NCBI GenBank assembly: GCA_045628045.1
Contig: JAZQOV010000011.1
Span: forward strand, 73,470 to 137,469
Length of the DNA: 64,000 nucleotides
Source of the DNA: Bacilli bacterium
GTDB taxonomy: Bacteria > Bacillota_I > Bacilli_A > RFN20 > CAG-826
Direction of reading: 5' to 3'
The position numbers and the translations under genes were made by a program. How positions within the stretch are numbered: the stretch's first letter is position 1; every line of letters begins with the position of its first letter. Under the pieces are notes generated by a model. It was not told the origin of the DNA, ran no database searches, and saw nothing but the letters and a program-made list of their open reading frames with translations. Shown here in pieces: positions 18,889-29,779 of this stretch.

Positions 18889-20984
18889 TGGAGAAATTTA
18901 AAACCTCCACAGCAAAGGTTGATTTTCCTGAAAAAGTTCGTGGCGAAGCAAAGTTCACAGATGATATTAGCTTCCCTGGTATGCTTTTCGCGAAAACTGT
19001 AAGATCAACAGTTGCCCGTGGAAAAATTAGAAAGATTACATTACCAAAAATGCCAGAAGGTTATCACTGGTTTTGTGCTGACGATATAAGAGGCGAAAAC
19101 GTCGTAAATATTATCTTTTCAGACTGGCCAGTTTTTGCTGCAGGGAGAGTTAATTTTATTGGCGAATCTATCGGCATTTTTGTTGGAAAAGACAAGGGAA
19201 TTCTCGATGATTTAGCAGAAAAAATACAAATTGAGTATGAAGAAGAAACCCCTGTTTTTGAGATGAAAGAAAGCTACATTCACAAGGCCTTCAAAAAGGG
19301 TGATTACGAGGCAGCAAAAAGAAGAGCTGTGAAGATAATCAAACACACTTATGAAACCGGCTATCAAGAACAAGCTTATTTAGAAAACCAAGGCATCATT
19401 GCATACTTTGATGAAAACGATAAACTCACTTTAACAGGTTCAATGCAATGTCCTTTCTATATTAAACGTGCAGTCATGAGATCATGCGCGCTTAAGGATG
19501 ACGAAGTAAGAGTTATTCAACCTGCAGTTGGTGGAGCCTTTGGTGGAAAAGAACATTATCCATCAATGATTGGCTCTCAAGTTGCAGTTGCTGCTTTAGC
19601 ACTTCATAAACCAGTAAAGATGTGTTTCGAACGTGCGGAAGATACAACTTTCACAACAAAACGCCATCCTTCACATAGTGAATACGAAGCATTAGTTGAT
19701 GAAAATAACAATATTTTAGGTTTGAAGATTAGAGTTGGACTTAATGGTGGAGCTTATAAAGGATGCTCTGGTGTTGTTCTTTCTCGTGCTTTAATTGCAT
19801 CTTCAAATGCATATGTATTTGAAAACCTTGATGTTGTTGGAGATGTTTATATGACAAACACAACTCCAACAGCCGCATTTAGAGGCTTTGGATCTCCTCA
19901 AACAATATTCGCAATGGAGATGTTTATTCATCACGTTGCGAAAGAACTTGGAGTCGATCCACTTGAACTTAGATTTAAGTACCTTGCAAAGCAAGGTGAT
20001 GTTACTGCAAACTCAGGCCATTTCCATGATCCTATTGTTTTAAAAGAACTCATGGAAAAGGCAATGAAGATGTCAGATTATAAACGCAAATTAGCGAAGT
20101 ATTCTAAACCAGGATGCAACAAAGGAATTGGCATGTCTATCTTCCTTCATGGTTGTGGTTTTACTGGTTCTGGAGAAACAGATATTATTCATGGTAAAGT
20201 CAAACTTGTTAAGGACGAAAATGACCATGTTTATTGCTATGCAGCGCCTGTTGATTTTGGTCAAGGAAATCGCACTACTTTGAAGAAAATAGTGTCAAAT
20301 ACCCTAGGAATTCCTGAAGATTCTGTATCTTTTGAGGCTCCTGACACAGACCATACTCCAGACTCTGGACCAACTGCTGCTTCACGTACAATCATCATCG
20401 TTGGTTTCTTATTTGAGAAGTGTGCAAAACACTTAAAAGAAATTTGGAAATCTGGTGAAAGACAAGAATACGTTGAACCTTACGTTGGACCAGAATACAT
20501 TCACTGGGATGAAGATACAATGCAAGGTGATGCTTATCCAGGTTATTCTTGGGGCGTTAACGTTGTTGAAGTTGAATTTAATCCAGTTACATATCAAATT
20601 TCAGTCTTAAATACTTGGTCAACATATGATGTTGGTCGTGTTGTAGACGAAAGAATTGCTGTAGGTCAAGCTGATGGTGGTTTACTCCAAGGTTTAGGCT
20701 ATGGCTATTTAGAAGAAATGAAATGTGTTGACGGAAGAATGAGAAACAGAAACCTTTCCGATTACATTATTCCAACATTTAAAGATGCTCCTCATATGGA
20801 AACTGCATTCATTGATAATCCATTTATTTATGGTGCAAACGGAGCAAAGGGAATGGGAGAACTTACTCTTGTTGGTGGTGCTCCTGCAGTGTGTCTTGCA
20901 ATTGAGAACGCAATTGGCAAAAAAATCACGAAAATCCCAGCAAATCCTGAATATCTTATGGAGGTTATGAAACATGAAAATTAG
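18888..20984 (+). CDS. Second molybdenum hydroxylase Moco-binding subunit (xanthine dehydrogenase family)
   Basis: GGAFGGK, AFRGFG and KGMGE. Confidence 0.9.
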   Translation: MEKFKTSTAKVDFPEKVRGEAKFTDDISFPGMLFAKTVRSTVARGKIRKITLPKMPEGYHWFCADDIRGENVVNIIFSDWPVFAAGRVNFIGESIGIFVGKDKGILDDLAEKIQIEYEEETPVFEMKESYIHKAFKKGDYEAAKRRAVKIIKHTYETGYQEQAYLENQGIIAYFDENDKLTLTGSMQCPFYIKRAVMRSCALKDDEVRVIQPAVGGAFGGKEHYPSMIGSQVAVAALALHKPVKMCFERAEDTTFTTKRHPSHSEYEALVDENNNILGLKIRVGLNGGAYKGCSGVVLSRALIASSNAYVFENLDVVGDVYMTNTTPTAAFRGFGSPQTIFAMEMFIHHVAKELGVDPLELRFKYLAKQGDVTANSGHFHDPIVLKELMEKAMKMSDYKRKLAKYSKPGCNKGIGMSIFLHGCGFTGSGETDIIHGKVKLVKDENDHVYCYAAPVDFGQGNRTTLKKIVSNTLGIPEDSVSFEAPDTDHTPDSGPTAASRTIIIVGFLFEKCAKHLKEIWKSGERQEYVEPYVGPEYIHWDEDTMQGDAYPGYSWGVNVVEVEFNPVTYQISVLNTWSTYDVGRVVDERIAVGQADGGLLQGLGYGYLEEMKCVDGRMRNRNLSDYIIPTFKDAPHMETAFIDNPFIYGANGAKGMGELTLVGGAPAVCLAIENAIGKKITKIPANPEYLMEVMKHEN

Positions 20985-21444
20985 TTTTAAAATGAACGGA
21001 AAACCTGTTTCTTTAGAGTTAGATCCATCCATGAGAATGCTTGATGTTATTAGAGATGTTCTTCATCTTAATGGCACCAAGGAAGGATGTGGTGAAGGTT
21101 CATGTGGTGCATGTGTTGTTTTAATGGATGGAAAATCTATTAACTCATGCTTACTTCCTGTTGCAAACGCAATCGGACATGAATTTGTCACAATCGAAGG
21201 TTTAAAAGAAACCAAAGAATTTGATGTGCTTCAAAAAGCATTCGCTGAAATGGGCGGTTCACAATGTGGTTTCTGCACTCCAGGAATGATTATTGCAGCT
21301 TATTCTCTTCTTAAACATAATCCTCATCCTACTGAAGATGAAGTTAGAGAAGGAATGGCTGGTAACCTTTGTAGATGCACTGGTTATCAAGCAATTGTCC
21401 AAGCTGTTTTAAAAGCAAGTAAGAAAGGAGCTCATTTATGGTAG
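20974..21444 (+). CDS. Second 2x[2Fe-2S] subunit
   Basis: GTKEGCGEGSCGAC, QCGFCTPG and NLCRCTGY. Confidence 0.92.
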   Translation: MKISFKMNGKPVSLELDPSMRMLDVIRDVLHLNGTKEGCGEGSCGACVVLMDGKSINSCLLPVANAIGHEFVTIEGLKETKEFDVLQKAFAEMGGSQCGFCTPGMIIAAYSLLKHNPHPTEDEVREGMAGNLCRCTGYQAIVQAVLKASKKGAHLW

Positions 21445-22292
21445 AAAAATACATTGTTTCTAGCAAAAAAGAGGCTTTAGAAGTCCTTTCTAAGCATGAT
21501 TGCTATGTTTTGGCAGGTGGAAGTGACCTTATGGTCATGAAGAGAAATACTGCAGGGCAACTTCCTAAATTTGATAAAGACGTTTTATATCTTTCACACG
21601 TGGATGAATTAAAAGGTATTTACGTGGACGAAGAAGGTTGCCATATCAAAGCTATGACAACTCTTGATGAAGTAGAACATAATAAATATGTTCCTTCACT
21701 TCTTCGTAAGGCAGTTTCAGAAGTTGCTTCTACAAATATTCGTCACTTTGCTACTTTAGTAGGTAACCTCGCAAATGCATCTCCAGCCGGAGACACAATT
21801 GTTGTGGATATTTTACTTGGTGCAAAAGTTAAACTTGAATCAGTAAATGGCACACGAATTGTAGACGCTGAAAAGTTTGTTTTGGGTGTCAGAAAAATTG
21901 ATCGCAAACCTGAAGAATTAATCACCGAAATTATCTTCCCAGAAGTTAAATACACTGGTGATATGTGGTACAAAGTTGGCTCAAGAAAAGCTGAGTCCAT
22001 TTCTAAAGTAATGGTGGCTGGATTCTACAAAATATCCGGGAAAACCATAGGAAATTTCGCTTTATCCTTCGGTTCTGTAAGTATTAAAGCAGTACGTTCT
22101 CACGAGATTGAAAACGAAATTATTGGCTTAACACTTAAAGAACTCGAAAGTCGTAAAGATGAGTTTGTTAAAAAATACGGTAAGTTTGTAACTCCGATTG
22201 ATGATCAACGTTCAACCGCTGAATATCGTCGTAAAGTTGCAGAAAATATTGTTGCCGAATTTTTAAATAAAATAGTGAAAGGAGGAAAGTAA
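21438..22292 (+). CDS. Second FAD-binding subunit
   Basis: AGGSDL, ATLVGNLANASPAGD and PIDDQRSTAEYR. Confidence 0.9.
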   Translation: MVEKYIVSSKKEALEVLSKHDCYVLAGGSDLMVMKRNTAGQLPKFDKDVLYLSHVDELKGIYVDEEGCHIKAMTTLDEVEHNKYVPSLLRKAVSEVASTNIRHFATLVGNLANASPAGDTIVVDILLGAKVKLESVNGTRIVDAEKFVLGVRKIDRKPEELITEIIFPEVKYTGDMWYKVGSRKAESISKVMVAGFYKISGKTIGNFALSFGSVSIKAVRSHEIENEIIGLTLKELESRKDEFVKKYGKFVTPIDDQRSTAEYRRKVAENIVAEFLNKIVKGGK

Positions 22293-23536
22293 TGAGTTAC
22301 ATAAAAGGATATCGTTGTACTATTTGTGGTGCCGAATTTAAAGTTGGTGAAGTAGGTTTAACCTGCCCACACTGTGGAGAAAAAGGCATTCTTGATGTTG
22401 TTTATGATTACGATGCGCTTAAAAAAGTACTAACCAAAGAATATTTTTCTAACAACCGTAATTACTCTATGTGGCGCTATACGCCAATTATGGGCATTAA
22501 AGAAGACCACATTGACGAAATGCTAAGAGTTGGATGGACTCCACTTTATCACGCAAGAAATCTTGGTAAAGAACTTGGTGTCGCAAAACTCTATGTTAAA
22601 GATGATGGCTTAAATCCAAGTGGATCAAGCAAAGATAGAGCTTCTGGTGTTGCTGTTTTAAAAGCAATTGAAGCAGGAGCAAAAACTATTGCCTGTTCAT
22701 CAACTGGAAATGCCGCATCAAGCTGTGCTTGCCAAGCCGCTCACATGGGACTTAAAGCAGTTATTTTTGTTCCAAAAAGAGCTCCAATTGGTAAAGCAAC
22801 ACAAATTTGTTTATACGGTGCAACTTTAATAAAAGTTGATGGCGACTATAAAGCCGCATTCAAACTTTCAAAAGCTGCTATCGATAAATATGGTTGGTAT
22901 AACCGTAATGCCGCTATTAACCCATTCATGGTTGAAGGTAAGAAAACAGTTTCTTTAGAAATTGCTGAACAACTTAACTGGGAACCTACTGATTGGGTCG
23001 CTGTATCTGTTGGTGACGGATGCACCGTTGGCGGAGTTTACAAAGGATTCATGGAACTTCACAAACTTGGTTTAATCAAGAGAATTCCTAGAATTCTTGG
23101 TGTTCAATCTACCGGATGTTGTCCATTTGTTATTTCAAGTGAAACAGGTGAACCACTCAAGGAAGCAGAAGAAAACACCCTCGCTGATTCTATAGCTGTT
23201 GGCATCCCAAGAAACCCTATTAAAGCACTTAATGCAATTAAATTCAGTAATGGTGCTTGGATTTCTGTGCCAGATAGTGATATCATTAACGCTATGGGAT
23301 TACTTGGCAGAACCGAAGGTATCTTCGGTGAACCTGCCGGAGTTGCCGCTATTGCCGGCATCAAAAAGGCTGTTAAAGAAGGAATCATTAAACCTACCGA
23401 AACGGTCACAACAATCGTTACTGGTAATGGTTTAAAAGACCCAGTAAACGGTCAAAAGGCTGTATCCATGCCTGAACCTATGGCTCCAAGCCTAGAAGAA
23501 TTGGATAAATATTTAAGACAAAAAGGAGCAATTTAA
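22292..23536 (+). CDS. Threonine synthase-like PLP enzyme (fold type II) with N-terminal zinc ribbon
   Basis: CxxC..CPxC, NPSGSSKDR, SSTGNAA and TGNGLKD. Confidence 0.85.
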   Translation: MSYIKGYRCTICGAEFKVGEVGLTCPHCGEKGILDVVYDYDALKKVLTKEYFSNNRNYSMWRYTPIMGIKEDHIDEMLRVGWTPLYHARNLGKELGVAKLYVKDDGLNPSGSSKDRASGVAVLKAIEAGAKTIACSSTGNAASSCACQAAHMGLKAVIFVPKRAPIGKATQICLYGATLIKVDGDYKAAFKLSKAAIDKYGWYNRNAAINPFMVEGKKTVSLEIAEQLNWEPTDWVAVSVGDGCTVGGVYKGFMELHKLGLIKRIPRILGVQSTGCCPFVISSETGEPLKEAEENTLADSIAVGIPRNPIKALNAIKFSNGAWISVPDSDIINAMGLLGRTEGIFGEPAGVAAIAGIKKAVKEGIIKPTETVTTIVTGNGLKDPVNGQKAVSMPEPMAPSLEELDKYLRQKGAI

Positions 23537-24907
23537 ATGTCGAAAATTCCATTTGGTCCAACATACGATGAAATGTTAAATCCATCTCATCAGGACCCAA
23601 AAGTAAGAGCCGCAGCGCTCAAAGCTATCAAGGAAAATGAACTTGATCCGGTTAACCTTTTTAACATTACTTGGAAGAATGCTAAAGACGAGGTTAATAA
23701 AATTGTACTTCCAAAGGAACTTACAGGTGTAGACGCAAACATCGTTGTCTTACTTGGTAAGTATTTCCCATCTGGCTCACACAAAGTCGGTCCAGCATAT
23801 TCAACACTCATGGAAGGATGTGTTGATAATGAAATTATCCCAGGAAAACACACAATCCTTGGACCATCAACTGGTAACTTTGGTATCGGTACTGCCTACA
23901 TTACAAACTTAATGGGCTACAAAGGTATCGTTATTATGCCAGACAACATGTCAAAAGAAAGATATGAACGTATTAGGAAATACGGTGCAGAACTTGATTT
24001 GACACCAGGTTCAGAATCAGACGTTATTCTTACACTTGAAAGAACATACGAACTTAAGAAGAACCCAATGAATAGAACATTAGCTCAATTTGAGCTACTT
24101 CCAAACTACCGTTTCCACAGACACGTCACTGGCGGATCATGTGTTGAAGCAGTTAAAGGTATTGGTAATGGCCGTATTGCATGTTTCTGTTCAGCACCAG
24201 GTTCAGCTGGTACTCTTGCAGCTGGTGACCACATTAAAAAGGTCTTCCCAGAATGTAAGATTGCTGCACTTGAACCACATGAATGTTCAACACTCACCAA
24301 TGGTGGTTTAGGACAACACAGAATTGAAGGTATTGGCGATAAGATGATTACTCTTATTCACAATGCTCTTACAACTGACTTCATTACTCAAATTATTGAT
24401 GAAGACTGTGTCCGTGGTCTTGCAGTTATCCATGAAGGTACAGAAATCCTTAAAAAACATGGTGTTCCAGCAAAAGTTGCAGAATCAATGGTAGACCTCT
24501 TTGGTGTCTCCGGAATTTGTAACATTCTTGGTGCAATTAAGATGGCAAAATATCTCAAACTTGGTCCAAACGACAATGTCGTTACAATCGCAACCGACTC
24601 ATTTGATAGATATCCATCAGTTATCAAAAACTTACATGATAGAGAACTCGAAGTTACTGATCACGTTTTAGAAAGATGGTTTAACGACGTATTTGCAGGT
24701 GCAGATACTTCTTACATCCTTGATACACGTGGAGAAGCAGCAAAAGAAGTACTCTTCAAACAAAAAGAATCAGATTGGCTTAAATTTGGTTACAAGAAAG
24801 CCTACCTTGATTCAATGAGAAAACCAGAATTCTGGGAAAACGAATATAACAAGGTTTTCGAATACGATAAGAAGATTCTTGCAATGCGTGGAAAGGAAAT
24901 CAAATAA
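23537..24907 (+). CDS. PLP-dependent fold type II enzyme (cysteine synthase-like), function uncertain
   Basis: [20 protein letters not shown] and HRIEGIG. Confidence 0.75.
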   Translation: MSKIPFGPTYDEMLNPSHQDPKVRAAALKAIKENELDPVNLFNITWKNAKDEVNKIVLPKELTGVDANIVVLLGKYFPSGSHKVGPAYSTLMEGCVDNEIIPGKHTILGPSTGNFGIGTAYITNLMGYKGIVIMPDNMSKERYERIRKYGAELDLTPGSESDVILTLERTYELKKNPMNRTLAQFELLPNYRFHRHVTGGSCVEAVKGIGNGRIACFCSAPGSAGTLAAGDHIKKVFPECKIAALEPHECSTLTNGGLGQHRIEGIGDKMITLIHNALTTDFITQIIDEDCVRGLAVIHEGTEILKKHGVPAKVAESMVDLFGVSGICNILGAIKMAKYLKLGPNDNVVTIATDSFDRYPSVIKNLHDRELEVTDHVLERWFNDVFAGADTSYILDTRGEAAKEVLFKQKESDWLKFGYKKAYLDSMRKPEFWENEYNKVFEYDKKILAMRGKEIK

Positions 24908-26121
24908 TGAAAGTTTCATACGAAGAAATCCTCAAGAAAGCCGAATCTTATAAGGCTGATATGACCAAATTCCTTCGTGACATGGTTAAGATTCCATCTG
25001 AATCATGTGGCGAAAAGGAAGTTGTTCTCCGCATTAAAGAAGAAATGTTAAAGGTTGGATTCGACAAAGTCGAAATCGACCCAATGGGAAACGTTTTAGG
25101 CTATATTGGCCATGGCAAACACCTCATTGCAATGGACGCACATATCGATACAGTCGGTATTGGCGAAATCAAAAACTGGAAGTTCGATCCATATGAAGGC
25201 TTCGAAGACGAAACTTACATTGGCGGACGTGGAACAAGTGACCAAGAAGGCGGTATGGCCTCCATGGTTTACGCAGGCAAAATCATTAAAGATTTAGGCC
25301 TTGAAGATGATTACACTCTTCTTGTAACAGGTACTGTTCAAGAAGAAGACTGTGATGGTCTTTGCTGGAAATACATTATTGAACAAGATAAGATTAAACC
25401 AGAATTCGTTGTTTCAACTGAACCAACAAGCTGCCAAATCTATCGTGGTCATCGTGGACGTATGGAAATCAAAGTCAACGTCCGTGGTATTTCCTGTCAC
25501 GGTTCTGCACCAGAACGTGGTGACAATGCTATTTACAAAATGGCAGACATTATTAAACAAGTTAAGGAACTTAATGAAACAGGACTTGCCTATGATCCAT
25601 TCTTAGGAAAAGGTACTGTTACAATTTCCCAAATTTTCCACAAATCACCAAGCCGCTGTGCAGTTGCTGATGGTTGCTGGATTTCACTTGATAGACGTTT
25701 AACAGTTGGTGAAAACGATAAGACATCAATTGCCGAAATTGAAAATTTACCAGCAGTTAAAGCTGCTAAAGCAGAAGTCACAATGTACGATTATGAACGC
25801 CCAGCTTATACTGGACTCGTTTATAAACAAGAATGTTACTTCCCAACCTGGGTTATTCCAGAGGAATCAATCTATGTTCAATCAATGAAACAAGGTTATG
25901 AAGGATTATTCGGAAAAGCTCCAGTTATTGATAAGTGGACATTCTCAACCAATGGCGTTTCTATTTGCGGACGCTTTGGTATTCCATGCTTAGGCTTTGG
26001 CCCAGGCGATGAAAAAGAAGCTCATGCACCAAATGAAAAGACAAGAAAACAAGATCTTGTCATTTGTGCAGCTTTATACGCAACTATTCCAGGATTATAT
26101 CTTGAAAATTTAAAGAAATAA
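24907..26121 (+). CDS. ygeY: YgeY-family M20 hydrolase
   Basis: [32 protein letters not shown] and AHAPNE. Confidence 0.9.
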   Translation: MKVSYEEILKKAESYKADMTKFLRDMVKIPSESCGEKEVVLRIKEEMLKVGFDKVEIDPMGNVLGYIGHGKHLIAMDAHIDTVGIGEIKNWKFDPYEGFEDETYIGGRGTSDQEGGMASMVYAGKIIKDLGLEDDYTLLVTGTVQEEDCDGLCWKYIIEQDKIKPEFVVSTEPTSCQIYRGHRGRMEIKVNVRGISCHGSAPERGDNAIYKMADIIKQVKELNETGLAYDPFLGKGTVTISQIFHKSPSRCAVADGCWISLDRRLTVGENDKTSIAEIENLPAVKAAKAEVTMYDYERPAYTGLVYKQECYFPTWVIPEESIYVQSMKQGYEGLFGKAPVIDKWTFSTNGVSICGRFGIPCLGFGPGDEKEAHAPNEKTRKQDLVICAALYATIPGLYLENLKK

Positions 26122-26133
26122 GGAGAAAAAACC

Positions 26134-27144
26134 ATGGAAAAAATCGAACCAAGATTCGCTGGTCGTCACTTAATTACCTTAGAAGATTTTACTAAGGAAG
26201 AAATTGACTACATCTTAAAAGTATCCCACCAAATGAAGGATGCTTTCTACGCCAACGAACCAATGCCTTTCTTAGAAGGCAAAACAGGTTTCTTGATGTT
26301 CTTTGAACAATCAACACGTACAAGAAACTCATTTGAATCAGGTATGGCACAACTTGGTGGCCATGCTACATTCCTTGATACATCAATGATGCAAATTGCA
26401 CATGGTGAATCAGCAAAAGATACTGCAGTTATTCTTTCTTCATTTGGTCATATGATCGCTTGTAGATATTGTAACTGGGGACTTGGTAACAAATACATTC
26501 GTGAAATGGCCAAGTATTCAACAGTTCCAATCATTAACTTACAATGTGACCTTTATCACCCAATGCAAGCACTTGCAGACTTAATGACAATCGAAGATGA
26601 ATTTGGAAAAACCAAGAACTTAAAGGTCTCTGTTATTTGGGCTATGGCTACAACACACAAGAAACCAATTTCAGTTCCTGTTTCACAAGTCTTACTCTTC
26701 CCACGTTATGGTATTGATGTTACACTTGCATATCCTGAAGGATATGATTTACCAGACTGGGTCATCGAAAAAGCTTGTAAAAATGCCGCAGAAAATGGTG
26801 GTTCATTAACCATTACTCACGACATGGATGCAGCTTATAAAGATGCTGACGTTGTCTTCCCAAAGAACTGGGGTAGTTGGGTCACCAACCAATCAACCAC
26901 AGTTGTTGATGATGCACTTCTTGCCCTCAAGGCATGGAAATGTACACCAGATAAGATGGCACTTGCTCACAAAGGCTGCCGTTACATGCATGCACTTCCA
27001 GCAGACCGTGTAAACGAAGTTGTTGATGAGGTTATTGATGGACCACAATCAGTTGTCTATCAAGAAGCCGAGAACAGAATCCACACTGCTAAAGCAGTTA
27101 TGGCATTATTTGTTCACGACAAAAAACCATCAGACAGACGTTAA
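26134..27144 (+). CDS. Carbamoyltransferase (YgeW-like)
   Basis: QSTRT, HPMQ, KPISVP and MHALPA; follows ygeY. Confidence 0.8.
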   Translation: MEKIEPRFAGRHLITLEDFTKEEIDYILKVSHQMKDAFYANEPMPFLEGKTGFLMFFEQSTRTRNSFESGMAQLGGHATFLDTSMMQIAHGESAKDTAVILSSFGHMIACRYCNWGLGNKYIREMAKYSTVPIINLQCDLYHPMQALADLMTIEDEFGKTKNLKVSVIWAMATTHKKPISVPVSQVLLFPRYGIDVTLAYPEGYDLPDWVIEKACKNAAENGGSLTITHDMDAAYKDADVVFPKNWGSWVTNQSTTVVDDALLALKAWKCTPDKMALAHKGCRYMHALPADRVNEVVDEVIDGPQSVVYQEAENRIHTAKAVMALFVHDKKPSDRR

Positions 27145-27166
27145 TTTGCTCCAAACAATATAAACT

Positions 27167-27194
27167 AGAGGGATCATTAAGGTCCCTCTTTTTT
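27167..27194 (+). terminator. Intrinsic terminator ending the Mo-hydroxylase operon
   Basis: agagggatc-attaa-ggtccctct followed by a T tract. Confidence 0.85.
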
Positions 27195-27227
27195 ATTACT
27201 TGTATAGTGTGATATAATGATTTCGTT

Positions 27228-28451
27228 ATGAAATCTTTAAGATATTTATACCGAATTGGCTATGGCCCATCAAGTTCACACTCAATTGGACCTTATAGAA
27301 TTGCGAAATATGTTTTGAAAAAATATCCAGACGCAATTCATTTTGACGTTACACTTTATGGCTCTTTAGCACTCACTGGTAGAGGTCACTTAACCGATAA
27401 AACAATCTTAAAGACTTTAGCTCCAATTCCTACAAATATAATCTTTGATTATAAGAGTAAAGTTGAACATCCTAATACAATGAAAATCGATGTTTATTTA
27501 CCAAATGGAAAATCAGAGACTGTTAAAGCTGTTTCCGTTGGCGGAGGAACAATCCACATTGATGGAGAAGTTGATGAATATGAAAAGGATGTTTATCCAG
27601 AGAAAAACTTTGGTGAAATTCGTGCTCTTTGTTTAAAAAACAATTGGGATTTAGCAGATTATGTTCGTCATTATGAAGGCGAAGAAATTTTTGAATATTT
27701 AAAAGAAGTCTATCAAGTAATGATGGATTCCATAGATCGTGGTTTAAAAGCTGAAGGTGAACTTCCAGGTAAACTCCATGTTCAAAGAAGAGCACCTTTA
27801 TTCACAAAATCAAAATACGAAAATGAATCAGAAACAGGGAATTCATTTAGAAGCATTTTAGCTTATGCATTCGCCGTAGGCGAAGAAAATGCTTCTGGTG
27901 GAAAAGTTGTTACTGCTCCTACCTGTGGTAGCGCAGCAACAATGCCTGCAGTGCTTAAGTTCTACCAAAGAAAATACAATAAGCCACTTGAAACAGTGTT
28001 AAATGCTTTAGCAGTTGGTGGTGTTATTGGCAACGTAATTAAGACAAATGCATCAATTTCTGGTGCAGAAGCTGGTTGCCAAGCTGAAATTGGTTCAGCA
28101 TGTTCAATGGCAGCAGCTGCTTATGCTTATCTAAAACAATTAGATTTAGATGGTGTTGAATGTGCAGCCGAAGTTGCGATGGAACACTCTATTGGATCTA
28201 CTTGTGATCCTGTTGGAGGTTACGTCCAAATTCCATGTATTGAAAGAAATGCTGTTGCAGCAATTCGTGCTGTTACTTCTGCTAGATTAGCAGAATACGC
28301 ACATGATACAGACCAAGTTTGGTTTGATGAAATAGTTGCAACAATGTATAAAACCGGAAAAGATATGAGACGCGGGTATCGAGAAACCGCAAAAGGTGGT
28401 TTAGCAAAAGAAATGTATAGCCACAGAAAAGGAGGTCTATATGGAAATTAA
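27228..28451 (+). CDS. sdaA: Fe-S L-serine ammonia-lyase, single chain
   Basis: GPSSSH, GSLALTGRGH, TAPTCGS, GCQAEIG and TCDPVGGYVQIPCIERN. Confidence 0.92.
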   Translation: MKSLRYLYRIGYGPSSSHSIGPYRIAKYVLKKYPDAIHFDVTLYGSLALTGRGHLTDKTILKTLAPIPTNIIFDYKSKVEHPNTMKIDVYLPNGKSETVKAVSVGGGTIHIDGEVDEYEKDVYPEKNFGEIRALCLKNNWDLADYVRHYEGEEIFEYLKEVYQVMMDSIDRGLKAEGELPGKLHVQRRAPLFTKSKYENESETGNSFRSILAYAFAVGEENASGGKVVTAPTCGSAATMPAVLKFYQRKYNKPLETVLNALAVGGVIGNVIKTNASISGAEAGCQAEIGSACSMAAAAYAYLKQLDLDGVECAAEVAMEHSIGSTCDPVGGYVQIPCIERNAVAAIRAVTSARLAEYAHDTDQVWFDEIVATMYKTGKDMRRGYRETAKGGLAKEMYSHRKGGLYGN

Positions 28452-29772
28452 GTTTTTTAACTCCTTATCCAATAAGAATGAGGTTTTTAAACCTATTAAG
28501 GAAAAAGAAGTCTCAATTTATTGTTGTGGTCCAACTGTTTATGGAGATGCTCACGTTGGAAATATTCGTCCTGTAATTGTTTTTGATACATTACGTCGTT
28601 TTTTAGCTTACGTTGGTTATGATGTTAAGTTAGTGTCTAACTTTACTGATGTTGATGATAAAATCATCAATAAAGCCCAAAGTGAAGGTGTTGATGAGAA
28701 AGTTATTAGTGAACGTTATATAAAAGCTTATCAAGAAGTTTTATCAAAGTTAAATGTTGAAGCTCATTACAAAAATCCGCGTGTTACTGAATACATGGAT
28801 CAAATCATCAAATATATTGATGAACTTGTTAAGATGGGCGCTGCATATGAAGTTGATGGCGATGTATTTTTTAGAATAAGTTCTATTAAAGATTATGGAG
28901 AACTTTCAAACGCGAAAATTGATGATTTAGTGGTTGGAGCTCGCATTGAAGAAAATTCAAAGAAAGAGTCACCACTAGATTTCTGTTTGTGGAAGAAAAC
29001 TGATGTTGGAATTAAGTGGGATTCCCCTTGGGGAAAAGGCCGTCCAGGATGGCACACAGAATGCTGTGTTATGATTAATTCCATTTTTGGTGGAAATATT
29101 GATATTCATGGTGGTGGATTTGATCTTAAATTCCCACATCATGAAAATGAAATTGCTCAAGCAAAAGCACATGATAAAAACAAAATTGCAAATTATTGGA
29201 TGCACAATGGATTTGTTAATTTTGGAAATGAAAAAATGTCAAAATCACTTGGCAACGTTGTTTTAGCAAAAGATGCAATCGCAAAATACGGTGGAAATGT
29301 AATGAGACTTCTCATTCTTTCAACCCATTATCGTGCTCCAGTTTCCTTTACTGAAGAAACAGTAACAAGTACAGTGAATGAACTTAATAAAGTTCAAAAA
29401 GCATACAATCAATTAGCAGTTGCTATTCAAGTTAACCACGGAAATATGAATGCAAATAACAAAGATATGACTGCATTTATTGAAGCAATGGCGGATGATT
29501 TAAATACATCAAATGCAATTGCAGCAATGTTCCAAAAAGTTAAAGAAGCAAACGTTGAACTTAGGAAAAATCCTTTAAATCTACCAGAAATTGAAGGTAT
29601 TTTTGCGTCACTTAGTGACATGTTAAAAGTGTTCGGTATTAAGTTTGATGCTCCAGTTTTAACTCCAGAACTTGAAAAAACTTATAAAGAATATCTTAAT
29701 TTGAAGGCAGAAAAGAAGTTTGAAGAATCTGACAAATTACGTGATATTTTGATAGTAAATAATATTATTTAA
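28441..29772 (+). CDS. cysS: Cysteine--tRNA ligase
   Basis: CGPTVY, HVGN, GRPGWHTEC and KMSKS. Confidence 0.97.
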   Translation: MEIKFFNSLSNKNEVFKPIKEKEVSIYCCGPTVYGDAHVGNIRPVIVFDTLRRFLAYVGYDVKLVSNFTDVDDKIINKAQSEGVDEKVISERYIKAYQEVLSKLNVEAHYKNPRVTEYMDQIIKYIDELVKMGAAYEVDGDVFFRISSIKDYGELSNAKIDDLVVGARIEENSKKESPLDFCLWKKTDVGIKWDSPWGKGRPGWHTECCVMINSIFGGNIDIHGGGFDLKFPHHENEIAQAKAHDKNKIANYWMHNGFVNFGNEKMSKSLGNVVLAKDAIAKYGGNVMRLLILSTHYRAPVSFTEETVTSTVNELNKVQKAYNQLAVAIQVNHGNMNANNKDMTAFIEAMADDLNTSNAIAAMFQKVKEANVELRKNPLNLPEIEGIFASLSDMLKVFGIKFDAPVLTPELEKTYKEYLNLKAEKKFEESDKLRDILIVNNII

Positions 29773-29779
29773 AAGTGTT

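Noticed and set aside
11090-27144. Selenocysteine readthrough in the Mo-hydroxylase operon
   Set aside because: The ORFs appear full-length and abut each other; none is interrupted by an in-frame TGA
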